Origin: an uncultured Clostridia bacterium
Lineage (GTDB): Bacteria; Bacillota; Clostridia; Oscillospirales; Ruminococcaceae
Assembly (NCBI GenBank): GCA_944387325.1
Contig: CALXEN010000030.1
Span: forward strand, 1 to 49,116
DNA length: 49,116 bases
Direction: 5' to 3'
This document shows positions 26,973 through 36,699 of the stretch, in pieces. The notes under the pieces were generated by a model. The model did no database searches. It was not told where the DNA came from and was given only the letters and a program-made list of their open reading frames with translations. The stretch's first letter is position 1. Every line of letters starts with the position of its first letter. Made by a program: the position numbers and the translations under genes.

Positions 26973-27677
26973 TTACTTTCCGTCTGCGGACCAGCGGTAG
27001 CCGTAGCCCCAGACCGTAAGGATATGCTTGGGATCGCTGGGCTGGTCCTCCACCTTCATCCGAAGGCGGCGGATATTCACGTCCACGATCTTTACATCCC
27101 CGTAATAGTTTTCTCCCCAGACCCCTTCCAGGATCTTTTCCCGGACCAGGGCAGTACCGGGATTCTTGAAGAACAGTTCCATGATCTGGAACTCCACCTG
27201 GGTCAGGTCCACCGGCTCCCCGTTTTTATAGAGGATCCGGCTCCGCTGGTCCAGAATAAAGGGCCCGCTGACCAGCTGGTCCTGATCCTCCCCTTTGGCG
27301 GGCTGGCTCCGCTGGACCCGCCGGGCCAGGGCCTCCAGTCGAGCTACCAGCTCGTTGACGCTGAAGGGTTTGGTCATATAATCATCCGCCCCAATGGAGA
27401 GCCCCCGCACCTTGTCCGATTCCTGGGACTTGGCGCTGAGGATGATGATTCCCATGTCCGGGTTGTCCCGGCGAAGGGTCTCACAGAGGGAGAACCCGTT
27501 CATCCCGGGGAGCATCACATCCAGGAGGGCCACATTGCAGGGGCCTGCGGAGTGGAGAAGCTGCAGTCCTTTCTCAGCGCTGCCCGCCTCCAGCACCTCC
27601 CACCCGGCCATGGTCAGGTTGAGGGCGATCATCTCCCGGATGCTCTGCTCATCTTCTACCACCAGAACTCGTTTCAT
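26973..27677 (-). CDS. OmpR-family response regulator
   Basis: 234 aa from ATG 27677 (MKRVLVVEDE; RBS AAGGG). Receiver Asp in ALLDVMLPG and a winged-helix C-terminus TVWGYGYRW. The track start 27695 is a GTG without an RBS. Confidence 0.92.
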   Translation of the reverse strand: MKRVLVVEDEQSIREMIALNLTMAGWEVLEAGSAEKGLQLLHSAGPCNVALLDVMLPGMNGFSLCETLRRDNPDMGIIILSAKSQESDKVRGLSIGADDYMTKPFSVNELVARLEALARRVQRSQPAKGEDQDQLVSGPFILDQRSRILYKNGEPVDLTQVEFQIMELFFKNPGTALVREKILEGVWGENYYGDVKIVDVNIRRLRMKVEDQPSDPKHILTVWGYGYRWSADGK

Positions 27678-27701
27678 AGAGATCCCTTCTTTCACTCATG
27701 A

Positions 27702-28973
27702 TTACAGAATCACAGTTCCTTCTGATACATTGTAAATGTCCAGGCCGGGATAGGTAGCCCCGATCTTTACCTGGACCTGCTGGCTTCCAATATAGGCGAT
27801 CCGGGTATAGTCTCCCCGGCTCTCGCTGGGATAGGCCACCCGCACATAAAGATAGGCTTCCTCTGTTTCCCGGTCGCAGACCATCCACCCCATCTCGCTG
27901 GGGCGGAGGCAGGCGGTCTCTTTCAAGGAGACGGGAAGAGGAAGGAAAAAGTTGTATTCCGTATCCCACACCCCGAATTCCACCAGAGGATCCTCCGGGT
28001 TGGTAAAGTCCATCCACTCCAGGGCGGCTGCCCGGTGTTCCAGCTCCGGGTCTATATCCCAGGCCACCTGCTGCGGGATGCAGACTACCTGATCCCCTTT
28101 CAGGTCCCGGCTGGTGAGGATGCTGCTGTACCGCTGGGTGCCCCCCGGCAGTTCCTCCATTTCCTCCGCCTGGTAATAGACCAGCCGTCCCTGCTCGGAG
28201 TCATACATGAGGATGATGCTACCCAGGCTGTTGCCGCTGTTGCCCAGATATCCGTCCACCACCAGGTAGGGGGTGCCCTGCCTGTCCACCCCGGGGGTAA
28301 GGCCGGCGCATCCTGCAAAGGTGCCCTGGCCCACCGTCAGCTGCTGGCTTACATGGAAGCTGCCCTCCCGGTTGGTGAGGACCTGAAGGTCCACCTTTCC
28401 CTCCTCGTTTTCCGGCAGAACCAGGATCAGGTCCTGGGCGCCGCTGCCGCTAAGGTCGGCCAGGAGGAGCTGGGAATAGGTCTGCTGAAGAAGATTGACC
28501 AGTTCCCCCGATTCCTGGGCATAGACCGCCAGATAAAGGCTGGTCTGGGGGCTGCCGTATCCCACCAGGATCTGACTGTCTGCCGTTCCTTTCAGGGATG
28601 CCACTGTTACCGAGTTCACCTCGGAGGCAAGCCCCTCCTCCCAATCTACCACCTGCCACTGGGCCTGGTCGTCCTGTTCCAGCAGGGCCAGGCTTACATT
28701 CTGGCCGGTGCTCTGGAGGGTGAAGAGAACCGCCGCATCCTGATTGCCGTCCCCGTTCCAGTCCCCAAACACAAAGGGGGATAGATATTCCCCGGTGGTG
28801 GGGAATTTCAGTTGGACGCTCTCCCCCAGGTAGGCGTTGAGGGCCTGCTGGATGGCGCCGGTCTCCCCGGTACCCTGGGGGGCCCGGAGAAGCTTCTCCG
28901 TGTCGGTCATATTCCCGCAGCCCGCCAGGGAAAGGGCCAGGGCCAGAACGGCCAGCATCCTGCCTCCCTTCAT
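27702..28973 (-). CDS. hypothetical lipoprotein with FG-GAP/VCBS-like Asp-Gly-rich loops
   Basis: 423 aa. Signal peptide with lipobox LSLAGC, and the loops GDWNGDGNQD and ADLSGSGAQD. It is the first gene of a unit with the two-component system. Confidence 0.75.
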   Translation of the reverse strand: MKGGRMLAVLALALSLAGCGNMTDTEKLLRAPQGTGETGAIQQALNAYLGESVQLKFPTTGEYLSPFVFGDWNGDGNQDAAVLFTLQSTGQNVSLALLEQDDQAQWQVVDWEEGLASEVNSVTVASLKGTADSQILVGYGSPQTSLYLAVYAQESGELVNLLQQTYSQLLLADLSGSGAQDLILVLPENEEGKVDLQVLTNREGSFHVSQQLTVGQGTFAGCAGLTPGVDRQGTPYLVVDGYLGNSGNSLGSIILMYDSEQGRLVYYQAEEMEELPGGTQRYSSILTSRDLKGDQVVCIPQQVAWDIDPELEHRAAALEWMDFTNPEDPLVEFGVWDTEYNFFLPLPVSLKETACLRPSEMGWMVCDRETEEAYLYVRVAYPSESRGDYTRIAYIGSQQVQVKIGATYPGLDIYNVSEGTVIL

Positions 28974-29013
28974 GGTCCCTCCCCCTTTCTTTTTCTCGCA
29001 GACTTTAAATGTC

Positions 29014-29042
29014 AGTATACCACATTCTGCCCTTTCCTACAA
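29014..29042 (-). promoter_or_regulatory. promoter of the lipoprotein / two-component system unit
   Basis: On the minus strand: TTGTAG (29042-29037), 17-nt spacer, TGgTATACT (-10 at 29019-29014). Confidence 0.45.
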
Positions 29043-29044
29043 GC

Positions 29045-29069
29045 AAAAAGGCGCTCCCGAAGGAACGCC
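29045..29069 (-). terminator. intrinsic terminator after deoC
   Basis: Minus strand GGCGUUCC-UUCG-GGAGCGCC followed by UUUUU. The stem has a U-G wobble on the minus strand that would be a C-A mismatch on the plus strand. Confidence 0.75.
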
Positions 29070-29085
29070 TTTTCTTTCCTGCAAA

Positions 29086-29751
29086 TCAGTATCCCTGGGC
29101 CTCCTGCCCTGCCAGGATCTTCACCGCCCGGCTGGTGCCCAGGCGGTCCGCCCCCAGGGCAATGAACCGCTCCATATCCTCCCGGGTGGAAATTCCCCCG
29201 GCGGCCTTGATCTTGCAGCGGCCGGCCACGCACCGTGCAAAGAGCTCGATGTCCTCAAAGGTGGCTCCGCCGGTGGAGAAACCAGTGCTGGTCTTGATGA
29301 AGTCCGCCCCGGCCTGGGGGACGATATCACACATGATCTCCTTCTCCTCCTGGGTTAGCAGGCAGGTCTCGATGATGACCTTCAGGACCTTGTCCCCAAT
29401 GGCTTTCTTGATGGCGGCGATCTCGTCCCGCACAAAATCGTATTCCTTGTTTTTCAGCCGTCCGATGTTGATGACCATATCCACCTCGGAAGCCCCGTTC
29501 TCAATGGCGGTCTTGGCCTCAAACACCTTGCTGGCGGTGTCCATGGCGCCCAGGGGGAAGCCAACCACGCAGCAGACCGGCACCCGGCCGGCCAGGTACT
29601 CCACCGCCTGCTTCACATAGCAGGTATTGATGCAGATGGAAGCGGTGTGAGCCGCCATCGCCTCGTCGCAAATAGTCTGGATCTGGGGCCAGGTGGCCTC
29701 CGGCTTAAGGAGGGTATGGTCCACCCGGGCAAGGATTTCCTGATCGGTCAT
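29086..29751 (-). CDS. deoC: deoxyribose-phosphate aldolase
   Basis: 221 aa from ATG 29751 (RBS GGAGGG). Motifs VDHTLLKPEAT and the Schiff-base region DFIKTSTGF. Confidence 0.92.
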   Translation of the reverse strand: MTDQEILARVDHTLLKPEATWPQIQTICDEAMAAHTASICINTCYVKQAVEYLAGRVPVCCVVGFPLGAMDTASKVFEAKTAIENGASEVDMVINIGRLKNKEYDFVRDEIAAIKKAIGDKVLKVIIETCLLTQEEKEIMCDIVPQAGADFIKTSTGFSTGGATFEDIELFARCVAGRCKIKAAGGISTREDMERFIALGADRLGTSRAVKILAGQEAQGY

Positions 29752-29903
29752 CTGTACATTCCCTCCATTTTGCAATGTTTGCACTGGTGTGCTTTGTGCA
29801 GGCCAATGGCCGACATGACCACCCCTACCACAGACAGGACCAGGGCCAAGATCCCCAGCACCAGGCCTGCGATCCGGAAACCGGCGCCACGCATAAATTT
29901 CAT
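29748..29903 (-). CDS. hypothetical 51-aa membrane peptide with C-terminal CxxC (below the ORF-track cutoff)
   Basis: AAAGGAGGAGAG lies 4 nt before the ATG. Translates MKFMRGAGFRIAGLVLGILALVLSVVGVVMSAIGLHKAHQCKHCKMEGMYR. Its stop overlaps the deoC ATG (ATGA) and its RBS lies in the gtrA 3' end. Confidence 0.5.
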   Translation of the reverse strand: MKFMRGAGFRIAGLVLGILALVLSVVGVVMSAIGLHKAHQCKHCKMEGMYR

Positions 29904-29904
29904 A

Positions 29905-30408
29905 TTACTCTCCTCCTTTGGGTTCTTTTTTGAAAATAAAGAGTTTACTGAAAAGATAGTTGGACAGGATGACCACCACCTGGCTGAACAATTTCACTCC
30001 CAAATTCCAGATTTTCACATATTCGGTGGAGATTGCCAGGCTTCCCATCATGAAGGTGACCCAACCCACGGGAATCAATTTCGGGCCCAGCAGGGTGACC
30101 CCGATAAAGAGGATGACCTGGTCCAGCACTGCGGTGCCCAGCCGACAGAGGATAAAGCTGAAAAATTCCCGCACCGCCTGCTTTCCCTTGGACTGGCTCT
30201 TAAAAACCCAGAGCCGGTTGGTGGTGTAGGCGAAGAGAATGCAGATGGCGTTATTGAGGATGTTCCCTGCCCCGGCGGCAAAACTGCTGCCCACGAAATG
30301 GTCAAAGAGGGTAAAGATCAGAATATTCAGCAGGGTCGCCAGTCCTCCGAAAAACAGATAGGCCAGACCCTCGTAATATTTTTGGAAAAGCGCTTTCAGC
30401 TTATTCAT
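29905..30408 (-). CDS. GtrA-family membrane protein (lipid-linked sugar flippase family)
   Basis: 167 aa with four hydrophobic helices. GtrA-like N-terminal pattern YLFFGGLATLLN...ILFAYTTNRLWVF. Confidence 0.85.
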   Translation of the reverse strand: MNKLKALFQKYYEGLAYLFFGGLATLLNILIFTLFDHFVGSSFAAGAGNILNNAICILFAYTTNRLWVFKSQSKGKQAVREFFSFILCRLGTAVLDQVILFIGVTLLGPKLIPVGWVTFMMGSLAISTEYVKIWNLGVKLFSQVVVILSNYLFSKLFIFKKEPKGGE

Positions 30409-30485
30409 AAACCTTCTCTCTTCTCTTTTTATAATCCGTTTTCAGTGTACCACAACCGGAGCCGGGGCGCAACCATTCCCCGCAA

Positions 30486-30519
30486 TTAAAAAACCGCCCT
30501 GGATGCTCCAGGGCGGCTG
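30486..30519 (-). terminator. strong intrinsic terminator after ispH/rpsA
   Basis: Minus strand GCCGCCCTGGA-GCA-TCCAGGGCGG followed by TTTTTT. A TTGCGC-17-TACACT promoter for gtrA follows. Confidence 0.82.
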
Positions 30520-30538
30520 GGATATGCAGGATTGGAAA

Positions 30539-32458
30539 TTACTCGGCGTCCTCGGCCTCGGCGTTCTCCAGAGCCTTCATGCTCAGGCTGATCCGCTTCT
30601 TGTCGAAGTCCACATCCATCAGCTTGACGGTGACCTCGTCGCCTACCTTCAGCACATCGGATACCTTGTTGACCCGGGTGTTGGAGATCTCGCTGATATG
30701 GACCAGACCGTCAATGCCGGGCAGGATCCGAACGAAAGCGCCAAAGTCAGTGATGCTGACCACGGGAGCGGTGAAGATGCTGCCCAGAGGATACTCGTTC
30801 TTCAGCTTCTCCCAGGGATTGTCCTCAGCCTTCTTGTAGCCCAGGCTGACCTTCTGGTTCTCGGGATCCAGCTCCTTGATGTAAACTTCCACCTGGTCGC
30901 CTACATTCATCACCTCACGGGGATGCTTGATCCGGTTCCAGCTCAGCTCACTGATATGGCACAGGCCGTCCACGCCGCCGATGTCCACAAAGGCGCCGTA
31001 GGAAGTCAGGCTCTTGACCACGCCCTGGCAGACCTGGCCCTCCTGAGCGTTGGCCCAGAAAGCCTCCCGCTTGGCCTTGTTGGCCTCGGCAGTGACCTTG
31101 TTGATGCTGCCCACGATCTTACGGCCGGCGCACTCGGTGACTACCAGCTGTACGTGCTGTTTGAGCAGCTTGGTGTAATCCTCATCACGGCGCAGGGTAG
31201 CCTGGCTGCGGGGCACAAATACCTTGACCCCCTTGACCAGAACGACCACACCGCCCTTGTTGGTCTCAGTAACGTCGCCTTCCACGACCTCGCCGGACTC
31301 GCAGGCCTGAGCGATTTCCTCCAGACCCTTGCGGGCTTCCAGCTTCTTCCGGGACAGCATATCCACGCCGTCCTGGTCGTTGGTCTTCTCCACTACAAAC
31401 TCCATCTCATCGCCCACCTTCACCAGGTCGCCGATGGATGCAGAAGAATCATCGGTCAGCTCGCTCAGCTTGCATACGCCGGTGTGTGCGCCGCCGATGT
31501 CAACAAAGATCTCGTTGTTATTGATGCTGGTGATCTTGCCCTTTACCACTTTGCCCACAAACACCCGATTGCTTTCAGCCTCGGACTCGGCCAGCAGCTC
31601 GGCAAAGCTCTTTTCCATGGTTTCGCTCATACTATTAAGTACCTCCTCAATTATGGACGATGGCGTGGAAGCCCCGGCCGTTACACCCACTGTTCCCGCC
31701 CCATCCCACCAGGATGGATCCAGGTCTGCGGCGGTCTCCACCGACACAGCTTTGGTATAGCGGGCAGCGACTTGTACCAGCTTTTGGGTATTGGAGGAAT
31801 GATGACCACCAATGACGATCATGAGATCGCATTTTTGGCTGAGGTCCTCCGCCTCCTGTTGCCTCGTCCCCGTTGCACTACATATTGTATCAAAAACAAA
31901 CGCATTTGTATAGACTTTTTTTATAAAGTCCACGCATTCTAACCATTTTGTAACCTGGAAGGTGGTCTGTGCCACAGCATAGACGAGGGTGTCGGAGGGA
32001 ATGTTTTTGGAGTATTCCTCCAGCTTGGCCAGGGTGTCGAAAACAAACACTTTTCCCCCGGAATGTCCCACAATTCCTCGTACTTCCGGGTGATTTTCAT
32101 CCCCGGCCACCAGCAGCAGCGCCCCTTCGCCCCGGGCTTTTTCCGCCAGGCGATGGATCTTGGATACAAAGGGGCAGGTGGCGTCATGGCACACCAGGCC
32201 ACGTGTATTTATTTCGTCATAAACCGAGGCAGGGACCCCATGGCACCGGATGACCACCTCGTATCCGTCTGGGATCTGGTCCAAGGAATCGGCGGTGATA
32301 ACGCCCTTTTCCTCCAGGTCCCGGACCATCTGGTCGTTGTGGATGAGGGGGCCCAGGGTGGCCACCTTATGGCCCTGGGCCACCAGGTCGTAGGTCATCT
32401 TGACCCCCCGGTCCACCCCAAAGCAGAACCCGGCGGTTTTAGCCAGCAGTATCTTCAT
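30539..32458 (-). CDS. ispH: bifunctional 4-hydroxy-3-methylbut-2-enyl diphosphate reductase / ribosomal protein S1-domain protein
   Basis: 639 aa from ATG 32458 ([19 protein letters not shown], IspH/LytB N-terminal half). The C-terminal half has four S1 repeats (e.g. [36 protein letters not shown]). The upstream 64 codons of the track ORF are Arg/Pro-rich noise. Confidence 0.92.
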   Translation of the reverse strand: MKILLAKTAGFCFGVDRGVKMTYDLVAQGHKVATLGPLIHNDQMVRDLEEKGVITADSLDQIPDGYEVVIRCHGVPASVYDEINTRGLVCHDATCPFVSKIHRLAEKARGEGALLLVAGDENHPEVRGIVGHSGGKVFVFDTLAKLEEYSKNIPSDTLVYAVAQTTFQVTKWLECVDFIKKVYTNAFVFDTICSATGTRQQEAEDLSQKCDLMIVIGGHHSSNTQKLVQVAARYTKAVSVETAADLDPSWWDGAGTVGVTAGASTPSSIIEEVLNSMSETMEKSFAELLAESEAESNRVFVGKVVKGKITSINNNEIFVDIGGAHTGVCKLSELTDDSSASIGDLVKVGDEMEFVVEKTNDQDGVDMLSRKKLEARKGLEEIAQACESGEVVEGDVTETNKGGVVVLVKGVKVFVPRSQATLRRDEDYTKLLKQHVQLVVTECAGRKIVGSINKVTAEANKAKREAFWANAQEGQVCQGVVKSLTSYGAFVDIGGVDGLCHISELSWNRIKHPREVMNVGDQVEVYIKELDPENQKVSLGYKKAEDNPWEKLKNEYPLGSIFTAPVVSITDFGAFVRILPGIDGLVHISEISNTRVNKVSDVLKVGDEVTVKLMDVDFDKKRISLSMKALENAEAEDAE

Positions 32459-33143
32459 GGTGTTCCTCCTCCGGGACAGCGGTCCGGGCCGCCCGCCGCT
32501 GGGGCAGGGGCTGGTCCGGCATCCAGTCCGGCTTGTTCTCCTGGTACAGCTGCCGCCAAGCGTCCTCCACCAGGTGTTTGTTCTCCCGCAGCCTGGCGGA
32601 GCTGGGCTTCCCGTCCTCCCCCAGCTGAGGGGCGGGGATGGGGGCGCCAAAGCAAACCTTCACCTTGCAGAAGAGGTGCATCTCCCGGTCCCTGGTGCAG
32701 TAGATGATCCGGCAGGGGATGAGGGGGGCATTGGCCTCGGCAGCCACCACAAAGGCGCCGCTCTTCAGCTTGCCGGGCCAGCCGTCATTTTTGCTTCGGG
32801 TGCCCTCGGCGAAGATCAGGACCCCCCGGCCCTCCCGGCAGCCCTCGGACACATGGTCCAAAAGCTGGGTGTCCCCTTTTCCCCGGGCCACTGCCACCGC
32901 CCCGAACTGGGTAAAGATCCATTTCAGAAGGGCGTTTTTGAAAAGTTCTTCCTTGGCCAGGACCAGCATCCGCTTGCCCCAAAACCGGGCGATGACCACA
33001 AAGACCGGGTCGATGGCGGAGATATGGTTGGGGACGATGACAAAGGAGCCCTGGGTGGGGATATTCTCCCGGCCCACCACCTGGATCCGGAAGGCCAGAT
33101 GCCAGAGCACCCAGGCTCCGGTAAGGCAAATAACGTAGATCAT
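32439..33143 (-). CDS. plsC: 1-acyl-sn-glycerol-3-phosphate acyltransferase
   Basis: 234 aa with the HX4D motif NHISAID and FAEGTRS. Confidence 0.9.
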   Translation of the reverse strand: MIYVICLTGAWVLWHLAFRIQVVGRENIPTQGSFVIVPNHISAIDPVFVVIARFWGKRMLVLAKEELFKNALLKWIFTQFGAVAVARGKGDTQLLDHVSEGCREGRGVLIFAEGTRSKNDGWPGKLKSGAFVVAAEANAPLIPCRIIYCTRDREMHLFCKVKVCFGAPIPAPQLGEDGKPSSARLRENKHLVEDAWRQLYQENKPDWMPDQPLPQRRAARTAVPEEEHHEDTAG

Positions 33144-33811
33144 CTCTGCCCCGCCTTTCCCCGGATCACCTCTTTCAGGGCTTCCAGGCTTTCCTCCAGA
33201 TTCAGGTGACTGGTATCCACCAGCACGGCATCCTCCGCCTGGCGGAGGGGGGCGATAGCCCGGTGGGTATCCTGATAATCCCGCTGGCGGATGTCTGCCA
33301 GCACCTGGTCATAGTCCGGGGACTGGCCCTTTTCCACCAGCTCCTTGTACCGGCGCTGGGCCCGGGCCTCATCGCTGGCGGTGAGGAAGATCTTGACCTG
33401 GGCGTGGGGCAGGATGACGGTGCCGATATCCCGGCCGTCCATCAGCACGTTGTTGGCCCGAGCCAGGTCCCGCTGGGTGTCCAGCAGGAACTGCCGCACT
33501 GCCGGGATGGCGGAGACGCCGCTGGCGGCCATTCCGATCTCCTCCGCCCGGATGGCGGTGCTCACATCCTCCCCGTTGAGATAGATATGCTGGGTCCCCT
33601 CCTCCAGCCGGATGTCCAGCCGGATGTCCGGAAGCAGGGGTTCCACCTGGTCTGCCGCCTTGGGGTCAGCCCCCTGCCGCACAGCGTAGAGGCCGATGGC
33701 CCGGTACATGGCCCCGGTATCCACATAGAGGTATCCCAGGTCCCGGGCCAGCTGTTTTGCCAGACTGGACTTTCCTGCCCCGCTGGGGCCGTCGATGGCA
33801 ATGTTGATCAT
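33140..33811 (-). CDS. cmk: cytidylate kinase
   Basis: 223 aa with P-loop IDGPSGAGKSS and YVDTGAMYR. Confidence 0.95.
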   Translation of the reverse strand: MINIAIDGPSGAGKSSLAKQLARDLGYLYVDTGAMYRAIGLYAVRQGADPKAADQVEPLLPDIRLDIRLEEGTQHIYLNGEDVSTAIRAEEIGMAASGVSAIPAVRQFLLDTQRDLARANNVLMDGRDIGTVILPHAQVKIFLTASDEARAQRRYKELVEKGQSPDYDQVLADIRQRDYQDTHRAIAPLRQAEDAVLVDTSHLNLEESLEALKEVIRGKAGQR

Positions 33812-33829
33812 GGTTTTTACCGTCCTTTT

Positions 33830-35044
33830 TCAAAATGCTCTGGCCGCCGCCTGGGCGGTGGAGAAGGCGATCTGGAGGTTGTATCCGCCGGTGTAGGCGT
33901 CCAGGTCCAGCACCTCCCCCGCAAAGTACAAACCGGGGCAGAGCTTGCTTTCCATGGTTTTGGGGTTCACCTGGCTTACATCCACCCCGCCGCTGGTGAT
34001 GACGGCGTGGTCCAGGTCTCCCCGCCGGGTGATGGGGACCCGGAAATGCTTCACCAGTTCCACCAGGCGGCGCTTTTCCTCCCGGGTGATCTGGTTGGCC
34101 TTGGTCTGGGGGTCGATCCCCCACCGGCGGACCATCACCGGCTGCATACTGGCAGGGAGCAGCTTGACCAGAGCCCCCTGGGCCGACTTGTTGGCCAGAA
34201 GAGCGAAATCCTGGGTGATCCGCTTATAGAGGGTATCCGGGTCCAGGGCCGGCTTCAGGTCGATCTCCGCCGTCCAGGTATGCTGCTTCATATTTTTGAT
34301 ATAGCAGCTGGCGGAGAGGGTGAGGGGCCCGCTGATCCCAAAATGGGTAAAGAGCATCTCCCCCTGCTGGGAGAAAACTGCCTTGTTGTCCTGATAAAGG
34401 GTGAGGGTGACATTTTTCAGGGCCAGCCCCATCATTTTGGGGCAATCCGGGTCAGGGCTGACCAGGCTGCAAAGGCTGGCCACCGGGGGCACGATCTTGT
34501 GTCCTGCCTGGGAAGCCAGCTTGTAGCCGTCTCCCCGGCTGCCGGTGCCGGGGTAACTGACCCCGCCGGTGGCAATGAGGACGGCGTCCCCCTTCCAGCG
34601 GCGGCCAGTGTCGTCCTCCACCCCAATGCACCGCCCCTCCTCCAGAAGGAGCTTTGTCACATGGGCGGAGCGGATGTCCGCCCCGGAGGCGTAGGTGAGA
34701 AGGGCCTGGCGGATATCCTCCGCCTGATCCGACACCGGGAATACTCGGCGCCCCCGCTCTGTTTTCAGGGGGACCCCCAGTTCCTGGAAGAGGGCCATGG
34801 TTTTGGCCGGAGGCCAGCTGTACAGGGCCGAATAGAGGAACCTGGGATTGGTCCGGACATTCTGGAGAAAGGTCTGCTCGTCGCAGTGGTTGGTCAGATT
34901 GCACCGGCCCTTGCCGGTGACCAGGATCTTTTTCCCGGGGATCTCGGAGTGCTCCAGCACCGTGACGGTGTGGCCCATCCGGCTGGCAGCTCCCGCCGCC
35001 ATCAGGCCGGCGGCGCCGCCGCCCACAATGATTATCTCTGCCAC
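33830..35044 (-). CDS. HI0933/BaiN-like NAD(P)/FAD-dependent oxidoreductase
   Basis: 404 aa from GTG 35044 (RBS GGGAGGTG 5 nt upstream). Motifs IIIVGGGAAGLMAA and GKGRCNLTN. The upstream part of the track ORF has no coding character. Confidence 0.85.
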   Translation of the reverse strand: MAEIIIVGGGAAGLMAAGAASRMGHTVTVLEHSEIPGKKILVTGKGRCNLTNHCDEQTFLQNVRTNPRFLYSALYSWPPAKTMALFQELGVPLKTERGRRVFPVSDQAEDIRQALLTYASGADIRSAHVTKLLLEEGRCIGVEDDTGRRWKGDAVLIATGGVSYPGTGSRGDGYKLASQAGHKIVPPVASLCSLVSPDPDCPKMMGLALKNVTLTLYQDNKAVFSQQGEMLFTHFGISGPLTLSASCYIKNMKQHTWTAEIDLKPALDPDTLYKRITQDFALLANKSAQGALVKLLPASMQPVMVRRWGIDPQTKANQITREEKRRLVELVKHFRVPITRRGDLDHAVITSGGVDVSQVNPKTMESKLCPGLYFAGEVLDLDAYTGGYNLQIAFSTAQAAARAF

Positions 35045-36699
35045 GGGCGCACCTCCCAGCCGGTATAGATGCCCAAAAGAGCATAAACCATAAGAAGCGG
35101 GTGGACTGTGGCCAGATACATGACATAGGTGCCGATCTGGAAGGCAGCCACCTCCATGAAGGCAATGAGGAAGACCCGGAGGAGGGCCATTCCCAGCAGA
35201 CCAGTGAGGATCCACCAGACCAGCCAGTCCCGGCGTTCCTTCATCCGGAACGCCTTCCGCATTTGTAAAAAGAGGGCCAGGACCAGGGCCAGGGGCAGGG
35301 CCACAGAGTAGACCAGCCGCACCCCGTTCAGCCCCAGATAGGCCAGCTTCTGGAGGGGGCTGTAATAGGGCAGATCGCTCCCCTCCTGGGCGGCGGCGTT
35401 GGCGGAGGACCCCAGATAGTCCTCATAGACCGCCAGCTCCTCCGCCGTCCCGATGGACCGCTGGTCGGCGTAATAGGGTTCACAGTCCTGGAAGGCGGCG
35501 CAGAACCAAAGGCTGTACCCAGCCTCCTGCACCACCGGCAGGATATATTCGCTCCGCACCGAGGGAGCGGTACCCGACCGCCTGCCCCCTTCCGAGGGGA
35601 GAAGGCCGCTGTCACAGGCGGCATTGATCTCATCCGCCACCTGCTGCCAATAGCTTTGGGCGGTGAGGGCCGTTTCATACTTTCCCTCCTGCTGGGCTGC
35701 CAGCCGGACCGCCCAGTAGAAGCCCCCTGCCCGGTAGTCCCCGGACGTAGGGTTCATATAGCTGTTTCGGATGGACTCGTCCTCCTCCAGCCAGTATTGC
35801 AGGCAATCCATGGCATCGGTGGCGTCGTAGATCTTCTGCCGCACCTCATAGGGCACCGACACCAGGGGGACGAATTCCTCTTCCTCCACCCGGTTCATGG
35901 CTCCCATAGCCTGGGAGAAGCTGCCGTAGGAGAAATCCGAGAGAGTGAACACCCCATAATATGCCAGGTTGATCCCTGCAAAGACCCCCAGCACTCCGGC
36001 GGTGACTGCCGCCGGGAGAAGAAGGGAAAGGCACCGGAGCGCCTTCCGGTCCAGGGATTTTTCCCGCAGGATGAACCAGACCAGGATCCCGCTCCCTGCC
36101 AGCAGGAAGGGAGCCAGCCAGTAGCCGTCCTCCCGGCAGAGCCAGCTGGAGGCCAGCCCCAGCCCGGCCAGCAGCTGCCAGCCCAGGCTGTATTTCAGGG
36201 GCTTCTGATACCGGAGGGCATATCCCATCACCCCTGCAAAGAAGAAGAGGCAGAGGGCGGGATAGATGCTGTCCCGGTAGACCCGGAGGGTGAAGCTGGC
36301 CATGGCGGAGGGCAGGAAGACCATAAGAGCAAAGCCTGCCAGCCGGGCCCACCGCTTTTCCACCACCGGCGCTGCGGACTGGACCAGAGCCAGGCAGCCT
36401 GCCGCCCAGAGAAGCTGGTTTGCCCCCAGGTAGGGCAGGCGGAGAAAATGGATCAGGGCCAGCCAAAGGGGAAACAGCATATGTTTGGAGAGGGTGAGCC
36501 AATCGTAGGGGCCCAGCCACTGACCTGCCGTCAGGTTCTGGGCCGCCCGGAACATCAGTTCATCATCAATGGGGGCGCCCCCCACCCAGACGTAGGTGTT
36601 CTGGAAAAAGCTCAGGAGGAACTTGATCCCCGTCAGGAGGATCACTCCCAGCCAGAACCAGGAGACAGGGATATCCTTTTGGGAAAAGCGATGTTTCAT
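35032..36699 (-). CDS. hypothetical 555-aa polytopic membrane protein, GT-C-like candidate
   Basis: Start ATG 36699 (ATGA overlap with the upstream gene). After TM1 comes an acidic loop, GGAPIDDELMF, then about 8 TM helices, a soluble loop of about 180 aa, and 3 C-terminal TM helices. The stop overlaps the flavoprotein GTG by 13 nt. Confidence 0.8.
   Translation of the reverse strand: MKHRFSQKDIPVSWFWLGVILLTGIKFLLSFFQNTYVWVGGAPIDDELMFRAAQNLTAGQWLGPYDWLTLSKHMLFPLWLALIHFLRLPYLGANQLLWAAGCLALVQSAAPVVEKRWARLAGFALMVFLPSAMASFTLRVYRDSIYPALCLFFFAGVMGYALRYQKPLKYSLGWQLLAGLGLASSWLCREDGYWLAPFLLAGSGILVWFILREKSLDRKALRCLSLLLPAAVTAGVLGVFAGINLAYYGVFTLSDFSYGSFSQAMGAMNRVEEEEFVPLVSVPYEVRQKIYDATDAMDCLQYWLEEDESIRNSYMNPTSGDYRAGGFYWAVRLAAQQEGKYETALTAQSYWQQVADEINAACDSGLLPSEGGRRSGTAPSVRSEYILPVVQEAGYSLWFCAAFQDCEPYYADQRSIGTAEELAVYEDYLGSSANAAAQEGSDLPYYSPLQKLAYLGLNGVRLVYSVALPLALVLALFLQMRKAFRMKERRDWLVWWILTGLLGMALLRVFLIAFMEVAAFQIGTYVMYLATVHPLLMVYALLGIYTGWEVRPWQR

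Noticed and set aside
30539-32458. IspH fused to four S1 domains as a possible novelty.
   Set aside because: This bifunctional IspH/ribosomal protein S1 fusion is a well-known feature of many Clostridia and is not new.
32459-32650. 64-codon upstream extension of the ispH-S1 ORF. Similar extensions occur at 35045-35215 (flavoprotein), 36700-36846 (555-aa protein), 39529-39633 (GT2) and 44665-44802 (DegV-family gene).
   Set aside because: The extensions overlap the preceding genes in another frame, are Arg/Pro-rich and lack an RBS. The internal starts have good RBSs and coincide with the family N-termini.
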